Shown: in pieces, positions 1-8,884 of the stretch | How positions within the stretch are numbered: the stretch's first letter is position 1 | Layout: each line of letters starts with the position of its first letter | NCBI GenBank assembly: GCA_002499195.1 | Contig: DAKS01000022.1 | Span: forward strand, 2,097 to 66,096 | Direction: 5' to 3' | From: Euryarchaeota archaeon UBA443 | GTDB taxonomy: Archaea; Thermoplasmatota; Poseidoniia; Poseidoniales; Poseidoniaceae | DNA: 64,000 bases | Translations under genes and position numbers: made by a program | The notes under the pieces: generated by a model | Told to the model about the DNA's origin: nothing | Databases searched by the model: none | What the model saw: only the letters and a program-made list of their open reading frames with translations

Positions 1-725
1 CACATACAATCGATGAGAAACCGTTCTCCGGAATGTTAGCGAAACTCAAAACTCCACTACGGGCATTATCCAACAAGCAGTTGCCTGTTCGCTCATCATC
101 AAATGAGGTTTGGCTGAACTTGACATCTCCACTCAAACATCAAATACAGAGCATGGTTTTCTCGCCAATCGATGAGGCCCTTGACATTATTTCTGTTAAC
201 ACCCTTAGGTACACTGGACAAGGTTGGTATTGTGCAACGACCGATGGATTTGGCGTCGTTAATGTGGCCTATCATTTCGGTATCGATGTTTCCAAAGGAG
301 CATTGCTAGGAATCAATGGAGGTGGAGGAGCAGCTCGTTCCATCGCATCGGCTTGGATGAACTGTGGAGGAAAAGTCGCCTCACTCGGAGGTCGTCGCCA
401 ACTCCCTGCAACCTTAGTCAATACAAAACATGGAGAGGATTTAGTCTTCGATCTTGTGCTCGATACAGAAGGTTCACTACAACATGAACCTAATTCGAAG
501 TACTCACTTAATCCAGCCTATGCACCATTGGAAGGCTCTTTGCAAGAGCGTTTAGAACACTTGTCGATTGAAAGTTCTGGTATAGATGGGCGATGGATGT
601 TAGCGGCCCAACATCTTGAGAGTTGGCGTAGTTTGTGGACGCCTGATCATGCACAACACCTTCCAACCCTTGAACAATTGATGACTTGGTTGCTTTCTGT
701 TGAGTACAAACTTGAGGAAAATTGA
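1..725 (+). CDS. aroE: shikimate 5-dehydrogenase, 5' end probably outside the window
   Basis: The frame of ORF 33..725 stays open up to the window edge. Motifs: LNLTSPLKH (NVTxPxK), SVNTL, TTDGFG (NTDgxG), GINGGGGAARSIA (GxGGxxRA dinucleotide loop), GRWMLAAQ. The NVT motif lies only about 30 aa into the ORF, so the N-terminus is likely missing. Confidence 0.7.
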   Translation, partial: HTIDEKPFSGMLAKLKTPLRALSNKQLPVRSSSNEVWLNLTSPLKHQIQSMVFSPIDEALDIISVNTLRYTGQGWYCATTDGFGVVNVAYHFGIDVSKGALLGINGGGGAARSIASAWMNCGGKVASLGGRRQLPATLVNTKHGEDLVFDLVLDTEGSLQHEPNSKYSLNPAYAPLEGSLQERLEHLSIESSGIDGRWMLAAQHLESWRSLWTPDHAQHLPTLEQLMTWLLSVEYKLEEN

Positions 726-747
726 AGCAATCGGCTGCAACAATCAA

Positions 748-3435
748 ATGTTCAAACATGGACAGCCCTTCATGAGAGAGCGGGCAATTGCACTCGTTTG
801 TTTGTTGCTGCTTTCATCACTTTCTACTTCTGCGGCTGTTCCCGAGGAGGATACGAATTTTCAACCAACACATACAGGCGTTGACTTCCCTGTTGGTTAC
901 GTCGATTTTCAACAGGGTGGAAATTTCGAACCCGAGCATCGATTGGTCTATCCTGCATTGAACAGTGGAGAAGATCAAGAAATGGCAGGAAATGGCCCCT
1001 TCCCCTGGGTTTTGCTTCTCATTGATGAAAATGAATCTCCTGACAACTACATGCTCATATCCACCAGAATCGCCCAACGTGGAACTATGGTATACATTCA
1101 CACCGAATTGAATTCAGATACAACTCCAACATGGCAGAGTCTCATCGATTCCATAATGGATGTTCAATCATGGATGGAGGGAGCGAATCAAACAAACGAT
1201 ATCGTTCTCGGTATGTACGGTTCTGTCGATGAGCAGCATTGGGGACTTATTGGACACGGTTATGGAGCGACATGGGCCAGCAACGTATACATCAATTGGG
1301 ACAATTTGGTCAGTGATAATTCTCTTCAGCCACCGCGTGCTTTGGTTGGCCTAGCGATGCAGGTTGATGAAGTTCAAGATCCAATGATTACAAGCGGGGC
1401 AGTTCCGAATGTAGCACTATACATCACCGGTAGCGCTGATGAAGTTGCTCCAGCAACTGAAAACGTGATTCCTGTGTTAGAAAACGTCGACGGCCTTGCT
1501 TGGCAAATTTTGCATTCTCTCGGAGCGAATCACTACCAATATCAAGACACATCCTCCTTTTTGGAAAATTTCAACGATGGAGATGCATCATTAACACAAG
1601 AGGAACAAATCGATCATGCGATGGAACATGTTTTGCCATATTTTGATCTTACACTTCGTGGAGATCATTCCAAGTTCCGAGAAGCCTTCAATCGAGAAAG
1701 TAATCTCTATTCATCTTCGGATTCAAACGGATATGTCGATGAATTACTTGATGATGCTAAACTGATACTTATCTCTAACGTTACAAGCCTCAACGGAACT
1801 GTTTTCGGACCTCAAGACGATGCAATTTTCGAAGCACTTTGGTCGATGAGAAATGGAGATGTTTATGCCGACCTGCCTCAAGAATGGACTGTTGAAGGAC
1901 ATTGTCTATTGGACAATACCACTACCTATCAAGCGACCATAGTCGATGATAATGTATCCTGTACGGTTCCGATGCAAGGAATTTCTCCAGGTCCTCACGA
2001 ATTGAGACTAGTCGTTTCAGTTGAAGGCGGGACAGGGTATGCGAGTTTTGATTTCACCCGGACTAACGATCCTATTGAGTTAGTCGAACCAATGCCTGAA
2101 CTTCTTGTGCCTCAGAGAGGCTCAACCGTTCTGAATGCATCGGATATTGCAACCGATCCTGATGGTCAAGCAATCCGTATTTTGAACGCAACAATTCTCG
2201 AGAATGAATCTCACTTCATCATCGCAATTAGCCCTGATTCCTCCTCTGTAACTCTTTATCATTCGGTGGATGAAGAATGGGAAGGAACGACGCGTATTGA
2301 ACTTGATTTGGAAGCGGAAGGAGGCCTTCTTGATCAAGCAACTGCGACGCTAACAGGACGCGTAATCCCCGTCAATGATCAAATCATTCAATTGTCAACA
2401 ATCGATCAACAAACACTGACTGAGGATGGGGAAAGTCTCTACCTCAATTATGATAATTACTTCCTCGATCCTGAACAACAACCTTTGACGGTTTTCATCA
2501 ATGGATTAAACCAAGGGACTGGGGATTTAGTTTCATGGAGTGTATCAAACGATTTACCACTTATTGAATTCACACCTCTTCCGAATGCAAATGGGGCGGA
2601 AGTGCTTCAAATATCCATTTCGGATGGATTCAATGCTCCATTGATTGCAGATCTACCTCTTCGAATCGAAGCCGTTGATGATGAATTTGTTGTCGATGAA
2701 ACGGCTTGGTCGATTGTAATGGATGAAGAGGAATCCTTACTTGCTGATCTAAGCGTATTTGCCTATGATGTTGACGGTGATGCCCTAACTTGGTCTATTG
2801 AATCGGCCGGTAGCTCAAAGGTGATGGCTGCTTTATCGGGTCAGGAATTGCTCATTTCAGCGCTTCTTGATGAATGGGGTGAAGATTCAGGCTGGTGGCT
2901 AAACGTGACCGATGGCTCGAACGTCTTTTCCAAGTTGCTCAATGTTACTATCGAGCCTAAACCAGATCGCCCTACGCTCTCGAATGCTTCGCTTGAACGA
3001 GTTGATGATTCCCTTTCAGTAACTTGGACATGGAATGATGTTGACGGAGGTGAAATGGATGTAATCCTCCTTCTCAACGGTGCCGATATCACAGGTGAAC
3101 GTATCTGTGATGCCGATGGATTGTGTTCAGAGATTATCGAAGTTGATTTACAACCAACTGCACTCCTGAACATCGACATCATTGCTCGCGATTCTTCCTT
3201 TGCGGATGTTTCCATTCGATTACAGTACCTTGTTCCTGATGATCAATCGACATCAACAACGGGTGATGATGCGGGATCAAATTCAGGTGGTTCAATGTTC
3301 GCAGCCCTCATCATTTTACCACTTCTTGCGATTATAGGATGGCTGCTTTTCCAATTCAAGAAGCCACCCCAAGAACCGGTTCGTGAATCCTCATCCGGTG
3401 GACTACTCGCTCGAGCGGAAGCAAAAATCAATTGA
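748..3435 (+). CDS. exported surface protein: N-terminal signal, alpha/beta-hydrolase-like domain, cadherin-like repeats, C-terminal TM anchor
   Basis: ORF 700..3435. The ATG at 748 avoids overlap with aroE and precedes the hydrophobic signal AIALVCLLLLSSLSTSAAVP. Hydrolase-like core: VLLLIDEN..GLIGHGYGA..GSADEVAP..GANHYQY. Cadherin-like acidic motifs: DPDGQAI, AYDVDGDALTW. C-terminal TM MFAALIILPLLAIIGWLLFQF followed by KKPP. Confidence 0.6.
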   Translation: MFKHGQPFMRERAIALVCLLLLSSLSTSAAVPEEDTNFQPTHTGVDFPVGYVDFQQGGNFEPEHRLVYPALNSGEDQEMAGNGPFPWVLLLIDENESPDNYMLISTRIAQRGTMVYIHTELNSDTTPTWQSLIDSIMDVQSWMEGANQTNDIVLGMYGSVDEQHWGLIGHGYGATWASNVYINWDNLVSDNSLQPPRALVGLAMQVDEVQDPMITSGAVPNVALYITGSADEVAPATENVIPVLENVDGLAWQILHSLGANHYQYQDTSSFLENFNDGDASLTQEEQIDHAMEHVLPYFDLTLRGDHSKFREAFNRESNLYSSSDSNGYVDELLDDAKLILISNVTSLNGTVFGPQDDAIFEALWSMRNGDVYADLPQEWTVEGHCLLDNTTTYQATIVDDNVSCTVPMQGISPGPHELRLVVSVEGGTGYASFDFTRTNDPIELVEPMPELLVPQRGSTVLNASDIATDPDGQAIRILNATILENESHFIIAISPDSSSVTLYHSVDEEWEGTTRIELDLEAEGGLLDQATATLTGRVIPVNDQIIQLSTIDQQTLTEDGESLYLNYDNYFLDPEQQPLTVFINGLNQGTGDLVSWSVSNDLPLIEFTPLPNANGAEVLQISISDGFNAPLIADLPLRIEAVDDEFVVDETAWSIVMDEEESLLADLSVFAYDVDGDALTWSIESAGSSKVMAALSGQELLISALLDEWGEDSGWWLNVTDGSNVFSKLLNVTIEPKPDRPTLSNASLERVDDSLSVTWTWNDVDGGEMDVILLLNGADITGERICDADGLCSEIIEVDLQPTALLNIDIIARDSSFADVSIRLQYLVPDDQSTSTTGDDAGSNSGGSMFAALIILPLLAIIGWLLFQFKKPPQEPVRESSSGGLLARAEAKIN

Positions 3436-5028
3436 TCATAGAGGAATGTTTCCGTGCTTTTTTGGCGGACTCCATTCTCGCTTTGAGCGAAGGATTGCTA
3501 GTGCACGGCAAAGTCTGAGACGGCTCTCGGTTGGTTCGATAACATCGTCAAGCCAACCGTTACGTGCGGCAACATATGGGTCGCCAAATTTCGCCTTATA
3601 TTCATCAACCAATCGTTGACGTACCTCTTCTTTTTGCTCATCATCGACAGCGTTGATCTCTCTTCGATGGATGATGTTTACTGCACCTTCGGCCCCCATA
3701 ACTGCGAGTTCAGCGGTCGGCCAAGCGACGTTGTAATCGCTTTGCAAGTGCTTACAAGACATAGCAAGATAAGCTCCACCGTAGGCTTTTCGTGTAACCA
3801 GTGTTAGTTTTGGCACGGTCGCTTCGGCATAAGCGAACAACAACTTGGCACCATGTCGAATAATACCGCCCCATTCTTGAACGACTCCAGGTAAGAATCC
3901 GGGTACGTCTTCAAAGGTGACTAGAGGTATATTGAATGCATCACAGAGACGAATAAACCGTGCTGCTTTAATCGACGCATCGATGTCCAAACAGCCAGCG
4001 AGGACATTCGGTTGATTACCAACAACACCGATACTTCGTCCATCGAGACGTGCAAATCCTATGATGATGTTTTCAGCATAATTCGGAAACAATTCAAGAA
4101 ATTCACCATCATCAACAACTTCTTCAACGACACCGACCATGTTGTATGGTCGATTGGGGTTGTCTGGAACAAGCGTTTCGAGTTGATCGTTAACGCGGTC
4201 GATTGGATCTTCAGTAGGGACATGTGGTGGTTCAGCATCATTATGATCAGGAAGGTAGGAAAGAATTTCTTGAACGAGGAAAAAGGCATCGTCTTCATCG
4301 TCTGCAACCAAGCATGCAATTCCTGAACGAGAAGCATGGAGGTTTGCACCACCCAATCCTGCTGCATCGACTTCACCGCGTTGAACTTCAGGTGTTTCTA
4401 ATGGAGAGGAAAGGAACAATTGCCCATGTTCCTCTCCAAGGATTGTGAAATCGGAAAGACTTGCTGCAAGTGCGGAAACACCAACAACTGGTCCGAGTAC
4501 AAGACTGATGACAGGAACTCGGCCACTACATTGAACCAATCGATCGAGCAACTCTCCAGTTCCTGCTAATGCATCGATACCGTCATGCGCTCGTTGGCCA
4601 CCACCGTCCCAGATACACACAAGTGGTGTTTTTGAGCGCTCGGCCATCTCGACGAGTTTTGCTATTTTTTTGGCATGCATTTCTCCCATCGAGCCTCCAT
4701 GTACACTGAAATCTTGTGCAAAACAGTAGGTACGTCGGCCATCGATGGTACCATGTCCCGTTACAACACCATCGCCGAGTGTTTGATGGAGGAACATGTT
4801 GTGATCCTTTGTTCGATGTGTAATGAAAGTATCAACTTCAACGAAAGAATCGGGGTCAAGGAGTAAATCAATTCGGTCTCTAGCAGTCCCCCTGCCTGTT
4901 GCGCGAATGGATTCCAATGCCTTACGTCCACCACCAGCACGGGCGCGTTCACGACGCGACCGTAGTTCGGTTGTAGGGTCACCAATTGGGCTCGCCATAT
5001 TTCGACCAGAACCGATAAGGTTCTTCAT
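3436..5028 (-). CDS. pccB: acyl-CoA (propionyl/methylmalonyl-CoA) carboxyltransferase beta subunit
   Basis: 530 aa with full-length resemblance to the carboxyltransferase 12S/PccB family. Examples: GGGRKALESIRATGRGTARDRIDLLLDPDSF, GGSMGEMHAKKI, RKAYGGAYLAM, FGDPYVAA. Confidence 0.85.
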   Translation of the reverse strand: MKNLIGSGRNMASPIGDPTTELRSRRERARAGGGRKALESIRATGRGTARDRIDLLLDPDSFVEVDTFITHRTKDHNMFLHQTLGDGVVTGHGTIDGRRTYCFAQDFSVHGGSMGEMHAKKIAKLVEMAERSKTPLVCIWDGGGQRAHDGIDALAGTGELLDRLVQCSGRVPVISLVLGPVVGVSALAASLSDFTILGEEHGQLFLSSPLETPEVQRGEVDAAGLGGANLHASRSGIACLVADDEDDAFFLVQEILSYLPDHNDAEPPHVPTEDPIDRVNDQLETLVPDNPNRPYNMVGVVEEVVDDGEFLELFPNYAENIIIGFARLDGRSIGVVGNQPNVLAGCLDIDASIKAARFIRLCDAFNIPLVTFEDVPGFLPGVVQEWGGIIRHGAKLLFAYAEATVPKLTLVTRKAYGGAYLAMSCKHLQSDYNVAWPTAELAVMGAEGAVNIIHRREINAVDDEQKEEVRQRLVDEYKAKFGDPYVAARNGWLDDVIEPTESRLRLCRALAILRSKREWSPPKKHGNIPL

Positions 5029-5036
5029 CGAATCGC

Positions 5037-6380
5037 TTAGTTAAGGATGGTTTGTTGTTGTTCTCCAATCAAATTTTGAGTCATTACAGAACCGACATCC
5101 ATACTGTTGGAGAGGGCGAAATGAAGCTTGACAACAGCTGCTTCTGGAGAGGATGTGATGCCATGGCCGAGAAGTCCAATGTCCTGTTGGATTCTTCCTT
5201 TTGAATAGACGTTCATATTGATTGGTCCATGGATGCATTGATTGACAACTAAGGCCGGAATATTCAGTTGTTGAAGAGAACTTTGAAGTTCGATGTTCTG
5301 AGGTGCATCACCGTTTGGATTTTCGATCGGCAAATGGCCAAGTCCTGTTCCATGGATTACCAGTGCATCCACATTAGATGCAACAGCGTCATCAATTTCT
5401 TGCTTGGTAAGCCAAGGTCCAGCGATCATTTGGCGAACAACAATGTTCTCATCGTATCGTTCTGCAGTGGATGTAGACGCTCTTGAAACCGTATTTGAAC
5501 GGGCTTCTTTGTAATGATGTTCCAATTCGAGTTCAACATCCTTGTTATCGATACGAATTGTTGCTAGAGGCATTGTATTGACGGGACGAAAAGCGTCACG
5601 TCGACTTGAGTGTAGTTTACGAACACCTGTAGCGGAATGAATCGAACAAGCACCATCATCACTGGTTTTGTGCATTGAAACAACAACTGCATCGCTAAGT
5701 TCACCAGTTGGTAGTGGCCCTTCAGCTGCCCATTTCACAGCTGAAATGAGATTCTGAGCAGCATCGGAAGAGGCTCGATCACTGGATCTTTGAGATCCAA
5801 CAAATGCAATACGTCCTGGTGGATTACCTCCTTTACCGCACCATGCGAATGCAACAGCTGACGCAGTAATGTGTAAGGTATCCGTGCCATGAGTCACAAC
5901 AACTCCAGTACAACCGTCAGCAAACGCTTTCTCTGTTGCATCAATGATTTGGTTCCAGTGATTTGGACGAATATCCTCACTGAACATATTCCCAATTTTG
6001 TGAACATCGAGATTTGTTATCTGGAGAAGTTCTGGAACGTGTTCGACCAGTTCGGATGGCTCGAATTGGGCAGTCACTGCACCTGTTTTGTAATCCACTT
6101 TGGAAGCAATCGTTCCTCCAGTATGGATAATTCGAACCGTTGGAAGGTCTGGATTTGTTTCAGTCTCGTTTGTTGATGCGACTTCAGATGATTCAGGTTG
6201 TTCAGATGATATGATTTCTACGGATGTGAGCGGGTGACTTACATTGTAGCCATTCGCTAGTTTGATCGTTACATAATCTTGAACAGCAGGTGGCAGGACT
6301 ACGCCCTCAATCTCAGTCTCACCATCATGCGTTGTGAGTTTGATACGGACGCGAGAACCAACGTCAGGACTGTGTGCCAT
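5037..6380 (-). CDS. gatD: Glu-tRNA(Gln) amidotransferase subunit D
   Basis: Asparaginase-type motifs HTGGTIAS and VVVTHGTDT sit behind a small N-terminal beta domain (VRIKLTTHDGETEIEGVV). The listed ORF start (6473) runs into the tRNA at 6421..6551, so the ATG at 6380 (MAHSPDVG) is used. Confidence 0.85.
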   Translation of the reverse strand: MAHSPDVGSRVRIKLTTHDGETEIEGVVLPPAVQDYVTIKLANGYNVSHPLTSVEIISSEQPESSEVASTNETETNPDLPTVRIIHTGGTIASKVDYKTGAVTAQFEPSELVEHVPELLQITNLDVHKIGNMFSEDIRPNHWNQIIDATEKAFADGCTGVVVTHGTDTLHITASAVAFAWCGKGGNPPGRIAFVGSQRSSDRASSDAAQNLISAVKWAAEGPLPTGELSDAVVVSMHKTSDDGACSIHSATGVRKLHSSRRDAFRPVNTMPLATIRIDNKDVELELEHHYKEARSNTVSRASTSTAERYDENIVVRQMIAGPWLTKQEIDDAVASNVDALVIHGTGLGHLPIENPNGDAPQNIELQSSLQQLNIPALVVNQCIHGPINMNVYSKGRIQQDIGLLGHGITSSPEAAVVKLHFALSNSMDVGSVMTQNLIGEQQQTILN

Positions 6381-6420
6381 AGTGGTTGGACTAGTTTCTA
6401 GCCCTTCAACAATGCGATGG

Positions 6421-6551
6421 TGGTGCCGGGAGCGGGGCTCGAACCCGCGACCTTCGGATGTCTCAGACACCACAAGGGGCTTTGCACGTCATACGATCGC
6501 CTTGAAGGCTGCCCTATGAGTCCGACGCGCTACCAACTACGCCACCCCGGC
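6421..6551 (-). tRNA. tRNA-Met (anticodon CAU; elongator-type, Ile2/CAU not excluded) with a 55-nt intron at 37/38 and encoded CCA
   Basis: A manual cloverleaf was built. Acceptor GCCGGGG/TCCCGGC (one G-U), D arm GCGT-AGTTGGTA-GCGC, anticodon stem TCGGA/TCCGA, loop CTCATA|A, T arm GCGGG-TTCGAGC-CCCGC, then A-CCA. The intron is 6460..6514 and forms a bulge-helix-bulge: central helix CUCA/UGAG, with bulges UA|G and AC|A. Confidence 0.9.
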
Positions 6552-6648
6552 CTGCCCTCGCCTGCGAAAACCCCCATTTGAAGAATGCGGGTTCAAACAG
6601 AAGGAATCTGACCGCATCCTTCATTCACTCCCACTTATCCGAAGGGGC

Positions 6649-7557
6649 ATGGTCGACCTTTCGACGGCGATGACTGCGGCTCAGGGCGAGCGTCGCCAGC
6701 GGATGCAAGGAGGGGACCGCGAGAAGAAGGTACGTCGAACTGGTCGGAACCTCGGAATCGAGGCATTTGATCCTGTAAAACATGTCCAGAAGGAGAAGGC
6801 TGATACTGCATCTATGTGGCTTGTGTTAACCTTTTCATTGACAATAACTATTCTGATGCGTTATGTTTTGATGGATTCTACTGACCCTGAAAATTCTAAG
6901 ATTTTGTACATTCTTCCACTAACATGTATTTTCCTTATTCCGACCCTTCATCGAACAATAATGCCCGAGCGATTTGTGGAGCATTATGGGGGTGGAACAT
7001 GGTTCAAGGCAGCGTTTTTGCATACGTTCACGTTCCTCGCCTTTTCTTTCCTCCTCGTCAATCCGCCCTTTGGTGACATTGCAGCACCAGAACTTGCCAG
7101 TAAATGGACTGTGATTACGGATGATGGTGAGGACATTACCTATCCTCATACCATGGCAACATCGGGTTCAACATTGATTTGGTATACCGACGGGTCGCCG
7201 ATTCTTACTGGTGATTCTTGGTTGCTCTTCGGACTCATGGACAATGTAAATTCGGACGGGGCTGTCGTTGAAGTAACTCGAGAATATCAAGCAAACGAAA
7301 CGATTCGGGACGACAATATTTCATATTGGACGAGTAATTCTGAACGAATTGCAAATGGTACATCATCATCCAACAATTCCGTACCGAACTTAACTCCTCA
7401 TGGCGAATTAGATCAACCCTTCTCCGTATTTCTCGGAACCGATCTCGAAGAGGGTACTCACGAAATTGTAGTTCGAATCACCGAACAAGGCGACCCTTGG
7501 AAAAACGTACAAGTTTACACTTGGAATCTAGTGATTTCAAGCGAGCCCGCAGCTTAA
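6649..7557 (+). CDS. hypothetical membrane protein (basic N-terminus, about 3 TM helices, extracytoplasmic beta-rich C-terminal domain)
   Basis: 302-aa ORF. Hydrophobic segments: MWLVLTFSLTITILM, ILYILPLTCIFLIPTL, AAFLHTFTFLAFSFLLV. No recognisable catalytic motif. Confidence 0.5.
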   Translation: MVDLSTAMTAAQGERRQRMQGGDREKKVRRTGRNLGIEAFDPVKHVQKEKADTASMWLVLTFSLTITILMRYVLMDSTDPENSKILYILPLTCIFLIPTLHRTIMPERFVEHYGGGTWFKAAFLHTFTFLAFSFLLVNPPFGDIAAPELASKWTVITDDGEDITYPHTMATSGSTLIWYTDGSPILTGDSWLLFGLMDNVNSDGAVVEVTREYQANETIRDDNISYWTSNSERIANGTSSSNNSVPNLTPHGELDQPFSVFLGTDLEEGTHEIVVRITEQGDPWKNVQVYTWNLVISSEPAA

Positions 7558-7748
7558 GACAGTAAGTCGGAATGGTATCTGAGAATTCTCTCAAATACAG
7601 AATCGATCTTTTTCGACATACGTAATTTGGCTGTTCGTTCGTTTAGTTGCTGCATACGATAGGTTCGAATAAATCGGACTAGAGGTGTCCAAGATAGAAT
7701 GTCAAGGAAGGCTTCGATTGATTTGTTCATGGTTGTTCCAACGAACAT
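7554..7748 (-). CDS. small hypothetical protein, doubtful
   Basis: 64-aa ORF downstream of rfcS on the same strand. It looks helical and basic and has no recognisable motif. Confidence 0.2.
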   Translation of the reverse strand: MFVGTTMNKSIEAFLDILSWTPLVRFIRTYRMQQLNERTAKLRMSKKIDSVFERILRYHSDLLS

Positions 7749-7794
7749 TAGGATACCTTGTTGTTGGCGAGGCGTTTTGAAAAGTGAAAGTGAA

Positions 7795-8787
7795 TCACGA
7801 ATTTCGTAACATTGTTACTAGTTTCGCTGTCATGGCATCGAGTTGAATCTTTTCGCCTCCACCTTCAACGAGACGATAATCGACTTCGGCCATGATTTCT
7901 GTAAGGTCAAGTTTGTTCATTTCGGATATGAAATCAACATTGTACAATTCCCGATGGAGTTGGCCAACAAAATCCGTGCCAGCAAGCCCATACTTGTTCA
8001 GAAGTTCTTGCAAGCGTCGGCGAGCAACATGAAAACCATCGTCCTTGCAGGCCATAATGTATTGATGGAGCGCTTCAGGTGGAGCTGTAGCTGATGTTTC
8101 GTAAACGATTGCTCGCGTAATTGTATCACTGATAGCCGCAGAGACTTGGAGGGCAGTAATCGCTCTCCTCAAATCACCCTGAGCAATTTTTGCAAGCGCC
8201 TCTGCAGCATCATCGTCCAGTGCAACTTTTTCTTCGCTTGCAACATGCTTGATTTGATCGAGAACTTCAGAATCTGCGAGTGGACGAAATCGGAAAACTG
8301 CGCATCGTGACTGAATAGGTTCAATCACTTTGGAGGAGTAATTGCATGAGAGAATGAAACGACATGTTTCAGCATATTGCTCCATGATTCGACGTAATGC
8401 ACCTTGTGCATCATTGGTCAATGCATCCGATTCGTCAAGGAATATAATCTTGAATTTCGCATCACCGTATGGTTGTGTACGTGCAAATTGCTTGACCTTT
8501 GAACGGATCTTGTCCAATCCTCGTTCATCGGATGCGTTCATTTCGAGAAGATTATCTCGGTAGTGTTCTCCAAAGACGTCTTTGGTCAGAGCCATCGCAG
8601 CCGTTGTTTTTCCAGTTCCTGGAGGTCCAGCAAAGAGCAAATGAGGAAATTCCTTGTGTTCTGCATATACCGTCAATCGACTCACTACAGAGGCTTGCCC
8701 CCTAATTTCGTCGACGCTCTGAGGGCGATGTCGTTCAACCCACAGTTCGCTCATGAACCCTAGAGAATGGCGAGCATCTTTCAACAT
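7795..8787 (-). CDS. rfcS: replication factor C small subunit
   Basis: Motifs: WVERHRPQSVDEIRGQ, Walker A GPPGTGKTT, Walker B IIFLDESDALT, SRC motif QSRCAVFRF. The true start may be the ATG at 8754 (MSELWVERHRP). Confidence 0.92.
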   Translation of the reverse strand: MLKDARHSLGFMSELWVERHRPQSVDEIRGQASVVSRLTVYAEHKEFPHLLFAGPPGTGKTTAAMALTKDVFGEHYRDNLLEMNASDERGLDKIRSKVKQFARTQPYGDAKFKIIFLDESDALTNDAQGALRRIMEQYAETCRFILSCNYSSKVIEPIQSRCAVFRFRPLADSEVLDQIKHVASEEKVALDDDAAEALAKIAQGDLRRAITALQVSAAISDTITRAIVYETSATAPPEALHQYIMACKDDGFHVARRRLQELLNKYGLAGTDFVGQLHRELYNVDFISEMNKLDLTEIMAEVDYRLVEGGGEKIQLDAMTAKLVTMLRNS

Positions 8788-8816
8788 TCGGTTCGTTTTT
8801 TTTTGAGTTGAATTTC

Positions 8817-8836
8817 CGCCCCCCTAAAGGGGGGCG
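8817..8836. other. perfect GC-rich hairpin in the divergent rfcS / giant-gene intergenic region
   Basis: CGCCCCCC-TAAA-GGGGGGCG, an 8-bp stem with a 4-nt loop. A T9 run at 8805..8813 lies immediately 5' on the + strand. Confidence 0.6.
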
Positions 8837-8884
8837 TACGCCGAATCAGTCATAACCTTCCACATCTTAGGTCGAACGAGCGCC

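Noticed and set aside
6381-6473. N-terminal 31 codons of the listed gatD ORF (MVSETSEGRGFEPRSRHHH...)
   Set aside because: It overlaps the 3' exon of tRNA-Met on the same strand. 'GFEPRS' is simply the translated T-arm. An internal ATG at 6380 gives a normal GatD N-terminus.
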